Positions 1 to 8,559 are shown, counted from the stretch's first letter. The stretch: 64,000 nucleotides of DNA from Prochlorococcus sp. AG-363-B11 (GCA_003278425.1 QCFE01000005.1:20066-84065); one strand, 5' to 3'. Program-made: numbers and translations. Notes: generated by a model not told the origin, from the letters alone.

Positions 1-2
1 AG

Positions 3-1814
3 AAAGCAATTAATAAAGTTGCTATTGATCTAATTAAATTATATGCCGAAAGATTAAAGACTAATGGTTATGCATTCCCAGTGGATGGGCCATGGCAAAG
101 AGAATTAGAAGAAGCATTTCCTTACGAGCCAACAGCAGATCAGAAAAAAGCTGTGATTGAAATAAAGAAAGATATGGAGAAAGCAAATCCAATGGACAGG
201 TTAGTTTGTGGAGATGTTGGTTTTGGCAAGACAGAAGTAGCAATTAGGGCTTTATTTAAAGCTATTACTTCTGGTAAGCAAGTTGCTATACTTGCACCTA
301 CAACAATTTTATCTCAACAGCATTGGAGAACATTAACTGATAGATATGCACCATATCCAATAAAGGTCTCCTTACTTAATAGGTTTAAATCAGCACGAGA
401 AAAGAAGCAAATTGTAAGTGAACTTAAAGAAGGCAAGATAGATGCAATTGTAGGTACTCATCTCCTACTAGCGAAGAATATAGAGTATAAGGACCTAGGA
501 CTACTAGTTGTGGATGAAGAACAACGTTTTGGTGTTAGTCAAAAGGAAAAGATTAAAACCTTAAAGAAACATATTGATGTTCTAACCCTTTCAGCTACTC
601 CTATCCCAAGAACATTATATATGAGCTTGTCTGGCGTTCGTGAAATGAGTTTAATAACTACTCCTCCTCCACTCAGAAGAGCCATAAAAACACATTTGGT
701 ACACAAAGAAGATGAAATAATTAGAAGTGCTATATGTCAAGAAATTGGTAGGGGAGGACAAGTTTTTTATGTTGTTCCAAAAATAACAGGTATCGATAAA
801 GTCGCCGAGAAGATAAGAGACATGATACCCGAAGTAAAACTAATAATTGCTCATGGTCAAATGGAAGAAGGTGAACTTGAGAATGCAATGATCGCTTTTA
901 ATGCTGGAGAGGCTCAAATAATGCTATGTACAACAATAATTGAAAGTGGCTTAGATATTCCAACTGTAAATACAATACTGATTGAAGATGCTCAGAATTT
1001 TGGTTTATCACAGTTATATCAACTTAGGGGAAGAGTAGGAAGGAGTGGAATTCAAGCTCATGCCTGGCTGTTTTATCCAAATAATACTGAACTAAAACCT
1101 AAAGCTATTCAAAGGTTAAAAGCTATTCAACAATTTAGCGAATTAGGTAGCGGGTACCAATTAGCAATGAGAGATATGGAGATAAGAGGGGTTGGAAACT
1201 TAATTGGTATGGAACAAAGTGGGCAAATGGAAGCTATAGGTTTTGATCTATATATGGAGATACTGCATGAGTCAATAGCTGAAATGCAAGGTCAAAAAAT
1301 TCCAATTGTAGAAGAAACTAAGATAGATTTACCTGTAACAGCTTTTATACCAGGAACATGGATAACGGAAAATGAAGACAAGATTTCTGCCTATAAGTCA
1401 GCATCAGAATGTGAAAGTATAGATAAATTATTAGAATTAACAGCTACATGGATTGATAGGTATGGAGCTCTCCCCCCTCCTGTTGAATCATTAGTATTAA
1501 TTATGAAACTAAAAATAATTGCTAAAGCAGCAGGCTTTTCTCGAGTAATGCAAAGCAAGCCTAATATAATAATGGAAACAATGATGAATGAATCTACATT
1601 TAAAATGCTAAAGAGGGGTATAGAAAGTCACCTTCAAGGTAGAGTTATTTACAAGAATATGGGCAATATTGCAAATGTGACCTTTAGAGGGTTAGCATCA
1701 TTAGAGACTGAACAGCAAATTGATACCCTAATAGATTGGCTAACTAAAATGGTTAAGCAAATAACTCATAATGACAATAATATATCAATAAGGTTAAGCG
1801 AGAAATTAAAATAA
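3..1814 (+). CDS. mfd: Transcription-repair coupling factor, 3' part (5' end outside window)
   Basis: Frame open from position 3 ([17 protein letters not shown]...). Helicase motifs [31 protein letters not shown]; TRG motif AMRDMEIRG; C-terminal TRCF domain. Confidence 0.97.
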   Translation, partial: KAINKVAIDLIKLYAERLKTNGYAFPVDGPWQRELEEAFPYEPTADQKKAVIEIKKDMEKANPMDRLVCGDVGFGKTEVAIRALFKAITSGKQVAILAPTTILSQQHWRTLTDRYAPYPIKVSLLNRFKSAREKKQIVSELKEGKIDAIVGTHLLLAKNIEYKDLGLLVVDEEQRFGVSQKEKIKTLKKHIDVLTLSATPIPRTLYMSLSGVREMSLITTPPPLRRAIKTHLVHKEDEIIRSAICQEIGRGGQVFYVVPKITGIDKVAEKIRDMIPEVKLIIAHGQMEEGELENAMIAFNAGEAQIMLCTTIIESGLDIPTVNTILIEDAQNFGLSQLYQLRGRVGRSGIQAHAWLFYPNNTELKPKAIQRLKAIQQFSELGSGYQLAMRDMEIRGVGNLIGMEQSGQMEAIGFDLYMEILHESIAEMQGQKIPIVEETKIDLPVTAFIPGTWITENEDKISAYKSASECESIDKLLELTATWIDRYGALPPPVESLVLIMKLKIIAKAAGFSRVMQSKPNIIMETMMNESTFKMLKRGIESHLQGRVIYKNMGNIANVTFRGLASLETEQQIDTLIDWLTKMVKQITHNDNNISIRLSEKLK

Positions 1815-1976
1815 TTAGTTCTTAGCAATAGTAAAATTTGACTTAGTGAACAAATAGTATGTAATTATTATAGGTTCTAATTAGAAGATAATTAAAACAA
1901 AATAAAATTGATAGCAATATTTAAATTAAAAAGCATATTGCTAATAAAAAAGTGGTTTTTTAAAATTATGTATCGG

Positions 1977-2192
1977 TTTTCCACTTTTCCACAAGAAGCA
2001 TATGATATTAGATAAATACGTAAGGATATGACAAAGAGATAAGTGGATAAACAACAAGTGGTTATCCGTACTATTAGAAGGTAGTCATACAAATGGATTA
2101 ACAGGATTTTCTCAAGTAAAAAAAAGCATGATTCGAAGCCTATGCTAAAGAAATTCTCATGTTGATTCCTGAAATAATATTTTTGTGGAAAA
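1977..2192. promoter_or_regulatory. Cluster of DnaA-box-like 9-mers
   Basis: TTTTCCACT 1977-1985 and TTTTCCACA 1985-1993 on +; TTATCCACT 2042-2050 and TTTTCCACA 2184-2192 on -. All lie in a non-coding AT-rich stretch. Confidence 0.4.
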
Positions 2193-2388
2193 GTATAAAA
2201 GCTAGTCAAATAGATATTTAGGTGCTTAAACGTATATGTAATGGCAGGCTAGGGTTCTAGATATAAAAAATTATGTTTAATTTGGGTAAAGAATAAAGTT
2301 GAATTCAAATATGTTACTTAAATTGGTCTGAAGGCATGAAAGGAGATTATTGAAAAGCCTGAGTTAATAAGAAATAAAAGGTTATTGC

Positions 2389-2628
2389 TTATTCCTTTAA
2401 TCTAAATCCCTTATCTAGAAGCTCTTGATACAAATACCGAGCTTGAAATGTAAAAACCTGTTCTTCCTTTTCTCCGCGTCTGATATGGAAGTAATTATTG
2501 TCTAATTGATTTCTACTAAAAATGACCTCGATAATACCTTTTTGCATTATCCACTCAGGATCATTGGTATGGGTTTGTTCAGGACCACCATCCCATGGTG
2601 CAACTTCTGCATATTTAACCTTTTTCAT
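2389..2628 (-). CDS. Hypothetical protein, 79 aa from the ATG at 2628
   Basis: Protein-like ORF MKKVKYAEVAPWDGG...ARYLYQELLDKGFRLKE. The C-terminus loosely recalls DUF1651-type picocyanobacterial proteins (unverified). Confidence 0.65.
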   Translation of the reverse strand: MKKVKYAEVAPWDGGPEQTHTNDPEWIMQKGIIEVIFSRNQLDNNYFHIRRGEKEEQVFTFQARYLYQELLDKGFRLKE

Positions 2629-3063
2629 TATTAGGATTAGCAAATTAACTTAAATATAGAATAAACGGAACATAAAAAGCAAATAATACTATTTTTATAA
2701 ACAGACGAATATCTAAAATTATAGTAAAAAGACTTAGAACCATAATAGATTCAACACATCTAAAAGGTATTTAAAAGCTATCACTTAAACAATCCATTTC
2801 AAAAATTAGTAAATACCCATAAAAAAGAAAAGAACAGCTCACTGATAAAAACAAAATGCCTTCGAATATTCAAAGGAAATCTCGTAGATAATTCTCTGAC
2901 TGAAGGCTGGGTAATATAGAATTATAAAAAACAAAAGAGAAGCGGTACATACTACACTTTGGCTAAGTAGTTTTACCTACCTAAAGTTTTTGTTGTTTTC
3001 TGCTCAACAAAACTTGCGTAAGCTGCAGATTATCGCATAGTAATAATAGAAATATTTTGTAAA

Positions 3064-3222
3064 ATGACACCGCAAGAGAAAATCTTAAAAGCAGAAGAAC
3101 GTATAAAAGAACTAAAAATCCTTATCTCACATTGGAGCAAAACTAGTAATGCCACCAATTACAGAGAACTAAGTATTATTGATAATACTTCTAATGCTGA
3201 TGATACCTTGATCGCAGCATAG
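3064..3222 (+). CDS. Small protein, 52 aa, with coiled-coil-like N-terminus
   Basis: Hand-translated MTPQEKILKAEERIKELKILISHWSK...LIAA*. The first about 25 aa resemble, from memory, a recurrent small Prochlorococcus/cyanophage protein pattern (EKIxxAExRIKELxxLIxxW). Confidence 0.6.
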   Translation: MTPQEKILKAEERIKELKILISHWSKTSNATNYRELSIIDNTSNADDTLIAA

Positions 3223-3467
3223 AATAACCTTATCCAAATATATTAATCTTTTTTATTAAGCGAAAAAATATACAAACTAATACTAAGTAAAATTTTAGAT
3301 CTTAATTTTTTCTTAACCATATGCAACCTCTATTCCCACTCCTTCCATAATTTAATTTCAGCAATGAAATTTAGTAAATATAAGTTACGGATTTACAATT
3401 GAGTGTTTAAATAACTTGACCTGTTAAGTCAGTTCTTTATTATAAAATCATATACATATTATAAAAA

Positions 3468-3632
3468 ATGCCTGCCTTAAGTAATATATTAACCAGATTC
3501 CTCAATCCTCAAGCTAAACTGACCAGCACACTAGTTGAACAGCAAGATATTTACCAGAACACCCTCTCTAGACTTTATGGCCCATTCGGTATTGACTATT
3601 CCAAGCTAAGAGCAAAAGGTACACTTCAATAA
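3468..3632 (+). CDS. Small hypothetical protein, 54 aa
   Basis: Hand-translated MPALSNILTRFLNPQAKLTSTLVEQQDIYQNTLSRLYGPFGIDYSKLRAKGTLQ*. Higher GC than its flanks; upstream TTGACC-N16-TATTAT from 3416. Confidence 0.55.
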   Translation: MPALSNILTRFLNPQAKLTSTLVEQQDIYQNTLSRLYGPFGIDYSKLRAKGTLQ

Positions 3633-3713
3633 TAAAGTGAAATTACTTACCTAACATCTAAAAATAATTCATCAATTTAATTTTCCCTAATCCTGTTACT
3701 AAAGATAATCATT

Positions 3714-3941
3714 TTGATCTCAGACTCCTCTAAACTAAAGAAGGGACAATTGTTAAAGGTTGACCTAATAAATTTAAATGATCGTTTACCAGTAAGCCTT
3801 TTTAATAAACTTCAAAAGGATCCACTAGGACAGTTGATTGGTTACAAGATGGTTGATGGTAATCAATTTGGACTTGTTGTGAAATTGAATATTGGTATAA
3901 CTCAATGGTTTTTTGAAAATGAATTATCAGAAATCGACTAG
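3714..3941 (+). CDS. petP: Cytochrome b6f-associated protein PetP (DUF2862)
   Basis: Signature DRLP...GYKMVDGNQFGLVV...WFFENEL. Confidence 0.85.
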   Translation: MISDSSKLKKGQLLKVDLINLNDRLPVSLFNKLQKDPLGQLIGYKMVDGNQFGLVVKLNIGITQWFFENELSEID

Positions 3942-4030
3942 GTATAGCCTTATAGAGACATAAAATATTTCATGAACTAGTGTAAGCAACTTAATTATGT
4001 AGTAAATTTATAAGTATAAGCTTGTAATTT

Positions 4031-4276
4031 ATGACTTCTAAAACTAGTAAATGGAAAATTATTCTGGATAATGTATTAATAGTAAACCTTTTTATTATTA
4101 TAGGTGGATCAATACTACTTTTGGCAGGGTTTCTATTTAGCTTAAACGGATATGACCTTATTTACAATCTCTTTCAAAAATTATGGTTTCCACTCTTCAT
4201 TCCTTCATTAAGTATCTTCTTTACAGCAGTTCTAGTTGATGAAGCAATAAAGCTTATCATTAAAGAAAATAGTTGA
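4031..4276 (+). CDS. Small membrane protein with two TM helices
   Basis: Two hydrophobic segments flanking FQKLWFPLFIPSLS. Confidence 0.75.
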   Translation: MTSKTSKWKIILDNVLIVNLFIIIGGSILLLAGFLFSLNGYDLIYNLFQKLWFPLFIPSLSIFFTAVLVDEAIKLIIKENS

Positions 4277-4278
4277 TC

Positions 4279-4380
4279 ATGTTACTGGAAATTTTTAGTC
4301 ATAGCAACCTCTTACTAATATCAGTACTTATAGTATTTGCTTTATACTTTGCTTCTAAAGCGAAGCCACCTAATCGTTAA
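4279..4380 (+). CDS. Single-TM microprotein, 33 aa
   Basis: Hand-translated MLLEIFSHSNLLLISVLIVFALYFASKAKPPNR*. Starts 2 nt after the previous stop; hydrophobic helix with a basic tail. Confidence 0.5.
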   Translation: MLLEIFSHSNLLLISVLIVFALYFASKAKPPNR

Positions 4381-4588
4381 CTTAAAGTTTATCTTCAGTT
4401 AAACCAACTAAAATCAAAATTTATATAGGATCGACTCCTATCTTCGTTTATTAGATATTTAAGTTATTTAATAATATCTAGGAAAACATTGTTATCAAAA
4501 CTTAGCTTTTTTGTATTTATAATTAAAATAAAAACTGTTCCTATCTTGTCAAATGTTTAGAGAGAAATTTCCTTTTTATTTTGATATC

Positions 4589-4729
4589 TCATGCAACCAA
4601 TATATCCTCCATATCAATTTCTTGCATTAAGGGAACTAGGGCATCTAGCAATTCTTCTTCCGTTTCAAAACCTAGTACATCTAATGGTTCAATGCCTAGT
4701 GAATATAAATCCTGAATTTGCTTTGACAT
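4589..4729 (-). CDS. Acidic microprotein, 46 aa
   Basis: Hand-translated MSKQIQDLYSLGIEPLDVLGFETEEELLDALVPLMQEIDMEDILVA*. Alternative in-frame ATG at 4738. Confidence 0.6.
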   Translation of the reverse strand: MSKQIQDLYSLGIEPLDVLGFETEEELLDALVPLMQEIDMEDILVA

Positions 4730-4948
4730 AATGAACATTTCATATTGCTAAAGTTAGTCACTAAGGATCTTTGTTTATAATAATTATCACGATATCAAAA
4801 TAAACCTTTGTGAATCTGTTGAAGCTATAATTGGAAATATAAAGAATTTATTAACAACTTTTTTATTATCGGCCAACACCAAAGATAAAGTTATCCATAA
4901 AAGTATTTGGATTATCCTTGGTTTAGAATAAGTAATATTAATGGAATT

Positions 4949-5389
4949 TTATCTCGATATAGCTCTTAAAATCCTAGATAGAACATCAACTAATGATTTT
5001 GATGAAAAACCATCTAGTCGATTCCTTCTCAATCTCGTGTTCTCAATAGCCATGATCACCCCCCCAAAAAGACCGATGTTTATAAAAAATGCCTGCGGTT
5101 GAAATGGAAACACGTGAAAGATAACAGTTGTTGGCACTAAAAATATCAACAGAAGTACTGGCCCAATGATTGTGTTTTCAGCAAATATCAAAAATAGTGG
5201 TCCTAATATTAATATCGAAATTGCAGCAACTAGCAAAACATGCGCTAAATCCTCTGGGATGCCCCGATTAGTAATAGAATTTAAAAAAGAAGGGTATTTA
5301 ATTATCTTTGGCAATACAGTAGAAGCAAAGGTTAATCCAAGAAGAAATCTACCAACAAATGTTAAAAAAACACTTCGAAGAAAACACAT
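4949..5389 (-). CDS. DoxX family membrane protein
   Basis: GRFLLGLTF...KI...RGIP...LLIFLVPTTVIFH...NIGLFGG pattern; four TM segments. Confidence 0.85.
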   Translation of the reverse strand: MCFLRSVFLTFVGRFLLGLTFASTVLPKIIKYPSFLNSITNRGIPEDLAHVLLVAAISILILGPLFLIFAENTIIGPVLLLIFLVPTTVIFHVFPFQPQAFFINIGLFGGVIMAIENTRLRRNRLDGFSSKSLVDVLSRILRAISR

Positions 5390-5638
5390 TGCTAATTCTC
5401 TAGCTCAAATCAAACTACCAGCTATATTCAATTGAGTAAACGATAGCTAGATATTAATCAATGGATTCAAGGAAAAGTATTTATACTTTTAAGTACGAAA
5501 ATCCTCTTGTAAATCCGATTTTAGTGGATAATCCATTTTCCACTTTATCTTTATTGTTTTGTTTTTAAAATAGCCTAAAATAAATTGAGAAAGACCTAAA
5601 AAGCTTTTCTTTTGTATTTACAGATTTTCTAAAGATAA

Positions 5639-5854
5639 ATGAGATGGCCCCCTAACAAAGCCTGGACCTCAAGTTCCTCAATACAAGGTTATAGACATTT
5701 CGAGGTAATAGAATATGGTGGCAAAGCAGATGAACGATGGGTGGTTCTAGCAGCAGTACTAGATAAGGATGTTAATTTTAAGGTTAGCTGGGGTGAACTA
5801 AAGACTTATGCAAAATGGACTATTGGTTGGATTCAGCTTCCCAAGGAAGAGTAA
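5639..5854 (+). CDS. TIGR02450 family Trp-rich protein
   Basis: WPPNKAWTS...GYRHFEVI...VSWGELK...WTIGWIQLP. Confidence 0.88.
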   Translation: MRWPPNKAWTSSSSIQGYRHFEVIEYGGKADERWVVLAAVLDKDVNFKVSWGELKTYAKWTIGWIQLPKEE

Positions 5855-6132
5855 ATAGTCGTACAATATTTTTTTATAAATTAGATAGGATAATGGTATC
5901 TAGTAATATTCTTTTAAGTTACACTATGGATTAACCTAAGAATTCTTATTCGATTCAAATACTTAGCTATTTAAGTATAAACAATAAAGCATTGTTAGCT
6001 AATAATAGAAACTAATTTGATTGCACTAACATTTATTAGATTCTTTAATAAAATATATCCAAAGTATTGTAAATTCATTAAGTTCAAAAATGCAAGTATT
6101 GAATTTGGATAAGAGTTAATCCAAAATTCAGC

Positions 6133-6165
6133 AAAAAAAAAGACTCTGCGTGAAACGCGGAGTCT
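6133..6165 (-). terminator. Intrinsic terminator with no adjacent gene
   Basis: On -: AGACTCCGCG-TTTCA-CGCAGAGTCT followed by a T run (A9 at 6133-6141 on +). 10-bp GC-rich stem with one mismatch. Confidence 0.75.
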
Positions 6166-6180
6166 GGGTGATGGGGAACC
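6133..6180 (-). ncRNA. Candidate small RNA (C-rich seed plus terminator); 5' end could extend to about 6250
   Basis: GGUUCCCCAUCACCC directly precedes the terminator. Possible promoter TTGTCT(6212-6207)-N17-TAGAAA(6189-6184). Confidence 0.4.
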
Positions 6181-6555
6181 TTATTTCTAGACCAGATTCA
6201 AGAGAAAGACAAGTCCCACTGATAGCGATAGCAACCTTCCTCCGGACACTATCTATAGCGTTTGTTATTAAAAATAGTACAAGTGGCCTACTTCTTTCTG
6301 TTTATGGATCGACTAAAGGCTGTAATTAGGTAGGAAATGGGGTCCTAAAAGCATTTCTACAAATCGTTTACGCAGCAGATGTCTCACTATCTTCAATTGA
6401 AGTGAAAGTAAGGATATAACAAGATAAATCTATATGGAATGAAATGGAATCATTTCTGTACCATTTTGCTTTGAGCTAGAAGCGTTCTATTAGAACAAAC
6501 CAGAACCAATCGTGGGTTGTGTTATTCAAAAAATATCTCATGTAATTTCTCCCGT

Positions 6556-6890
6556 TTAATCTCCTAACGCTGTTGCTTTCTTCAAGTCTTCATAGGAATA
6601 TTGGTTATCTCTTAGATACCCGTTTGTTATGCCATGAGTATCGAATGCACGGGTATACATTGGATTAATCTCTATCACGTCGTTGAAATCGTGGATTGAT
6701 TCGTAAAAACTACTCCCTGCCTTGGATTTTTCAATGCCTCTGTTGATCTAGAAGGAATCGCTCTCGGCCTGTACTTTCACAGTTGCAGAAAGCATAGCCT
6801 CAGCACTAGTTATAGTTTCACCAACCTGTTCCATTAATTAAAAGGTTGCTTTAACGACACTAAAGAAAGTGCAGCAGAAATAAAGTATTT
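6556..6890 (-). pseudogene. Decayed secreted TPR-repeat protein gene
   Basis: Hand translation: FISAALSLVSLKQPF / frameshift / MEQVGETITSAEAMLSATVKVQAESDSF*INRGIEKSKAG...DFNDVIEINPMYTRAF...EDLKKATALGD*. In-frame TAG at 6748-6750. Confidence 0.7.
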
Positions 6891-7139
6891 CTAAGCTTTA
6901 TAGTCAATATCATGTTGATTTTGCAAAAATATAAATATAGTGTTTAGCAAAATTATTAATTGAAAATCAGATCTTCCATCAGGACATAAGAGTACAAATT
7001 TTACTGAAGCGTATTTTGCATGAATTCTATTGAATCTTATGAAGTTGGTTGGACCTTTTGAGAGATCAATTGGGAGGACCAATTTATAAGAACCCTTGAT
7101 AGGAGAAGCGGAAGACTTTCCCCACAATAATTTCTAGGA

Positions 7140-7319
7140 AATTGAACCATTTTGCCGTGTGCCTGAAGCGTTCGACCTGGAAAAACCAGAGAAGGAGTCA
7201 AAGTTAGGGTCCATTTCCAGTTTCAAGACTGGTTTACTTCGCCTTTACGACAGTCTCCTTAAATCGAAAGAGAGTCAGATCAGAGCACATAAAGGTCATC
7301 ACCAACAAAACAGTTCACT
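7140..7319 (-). ncRNA. ssrS: 6S RNA (cyanobacterial 6Sa / Yfr7)
   Basis: Directly downstream of purK, the known locus. 5' GAACUGUUUUGUUG (from 7316) pairs with 3' CGGCAAAAUGGUUC (to 7144) using G-U pairs only on the - strand. About 175-180 nt rod; TAAAAT -10 just upstream. Confidence 0.9.
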
Positions 7320-7338
7320 TATATTTTATACAGCGGTA

Positions 7339-8508
7339 CTACTGAATAGGCCAGATTGATCGAATCTTCCTAAGAGCATCTAGAGCTTCTTTTCTTCTGT
7401 GAATTTTGTCTGAAGATTTTAAAAGTAAGGTTACATGTCCTAATTTCCTCCCAGGAGTGTTTTTACTTTTGTTATACCAATGCAATGATAAGCGGGGTAT
7501 TTTCTTCAATTTGCTTAGGCGATAATCCACTGAGTCTGTCTCATCCCTAAAACCTAGAAGATTTACCATCATTGCACCTGAAGATATAAGTTCCGGGGAT
7601 TGAAGAGGTAAGCCAGAAGCAATAGCTATTTGGTGATCAAACTGACTAGAATTGCATGCTTCTATTGTTAAATGTGCTGAATTATGAGTACGCGGGGCTA
7701 TTTCATTAACTAATAACCCATCATCACCATAGAAAAATTCAATGCCCAACACTCCTTTATAGTCTAATTCACATACAATAGATGAAGCTATATTCCTCGC
7801 CATAGCATCAACAGGGTGACTAATATTTGCAGGAGCTAACACCCAATCGCAAATCTGATTTAATTGATATGTTTCAGTTATAGGAAAAGTTCTAATTTGA
7901 CCATTTAAATCCCTTGAAACGACTAATGATAACTCAATATTATAATCAACCCATTTTTCAAGAAACCAATTCTTAGAGTTAACTGAATTTAAAAGCTCCT
8001 TCAAATCACTATAATCATTTATAACTTTAGTCCCCTTGCCGTCATAACCTCCTAAAGATGACTTGGCCATAAGGGGAAATTTCCAACCATCCTTTAGTAA
8101 TAAATCATTAAGGTTTAACGATGATAATGTAAGCCATTCTGGCCCAGGGATATTTAACTTGTTGAGTAATTTCCTCTGAGATAATTTATTAACTAAAGGT
8201 GAGATTGAAAAAAGATTAGGGATAAATGAAACACCAGAATCCTCAAGTATAGAAAGAGCTTGAATATCAACCCATTCATTTTCAAAAGTAACGCAACTGC
8301 ATTTTTCAGCTAGTTTTTTTATTCCGGTAATATCATCAGTATCTGCAAGAATAACTTCACTTGCAGTAGATATAGCAGGGTCGAATTCCGAGCCTGTCTG
8401 AACAATAACCTCAACACCTAATTTCTTTCCAGCTCTTGCCAACATCTGAGCCAGTTGCCCCCCACCAACAATCCCTACAGAACAATTCTGGTGACCTTTA
8501 CTTTTCAA
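7339..8508 (-). CDS. purK: N5-CAIR synthase (ATP-grasp)
   Basis: GGGQLAQM, TFENEWV, GGYDGKG, NEIAPRTHNSAH, GRKLGHVT. Confidence 0.97.
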   Translation of the reverse strand: MKSKGHQNCSVGIVGGGQLAQMLARAGKKLGVEVIVQTGSEFDPAISTASEVILADTDDITGIKKLAEKCSCVTFENEWVDIQALSILEDSGVSFIPNLFSISPLVNKLSQRKLLNKLNIPGPEWLTLSSLNLNDLLLKDGWKFPLMAKSSLGGYDGKGTKVINDYSDLKELLNSVNSKNWFLEKWVDYNIELSLVVSRDLNGQIRTFPITETYQLNQICDWVLAPANISHPVDAMARNIASSIVCELDYKGVLGIEFFYGDDGLLVNEIAPRTHNSAHLTIEACNSSQFDHQIAIASGLPLQSPELISSGAMMVNLLGFRDETDSVDYRLSKLKKIPRLSLHWYNKSKNTPGRKLGHVTLLLKSSDKIHRRKEALDALRKIRSIWPIQ

Positions 8509-8559
8509 TGATTAATCTCCTCCTTAATGAGCTTAAATAGAACACTATGAGAAAATCTA

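Noticed and set aside
1892-2209. 105-aa minus-strand ORF
   Set aside because: F/I/L/Y-rich composition typical of AT-rich non-coding DNA, TTG start, no motif, and it overlies the DnaA-box-like cluster.
2254-2281. dif-like site (right arm TTATGTTTAAT)
   Set aside because: Only the XerD-like arm resembles dif. The left arm and spacer do not fit, and such matches are common in AT-rich DNA.
5166-5435. 89-aa plus-strand ORF
   Set aside because: Antisense shadow of the DoxX gene.
6368-6834. Two neighbouring minus-strand frames each interrupted by one TAG (6748-6750 and 6476-6478), hinting at amber read-through
   Set aside because: TAG is an ordinary stop in core genes here (e.g. petP, phnC, glmU), no recoding machinery is visible, and the TPR frame also has a frameshift. 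Decay explains the first; the second frame has no recognisable homology.
6891-7127. 78-aa minus-strand ORF downstream of the 6S RNA
   Set aside because: No recognisable motif and a TTG start; cannot be supported as a gene.
7159-7359. 66-aa plus-strand ORF
   Set aside because: Antisense to the 6S RNA and the end of purK.
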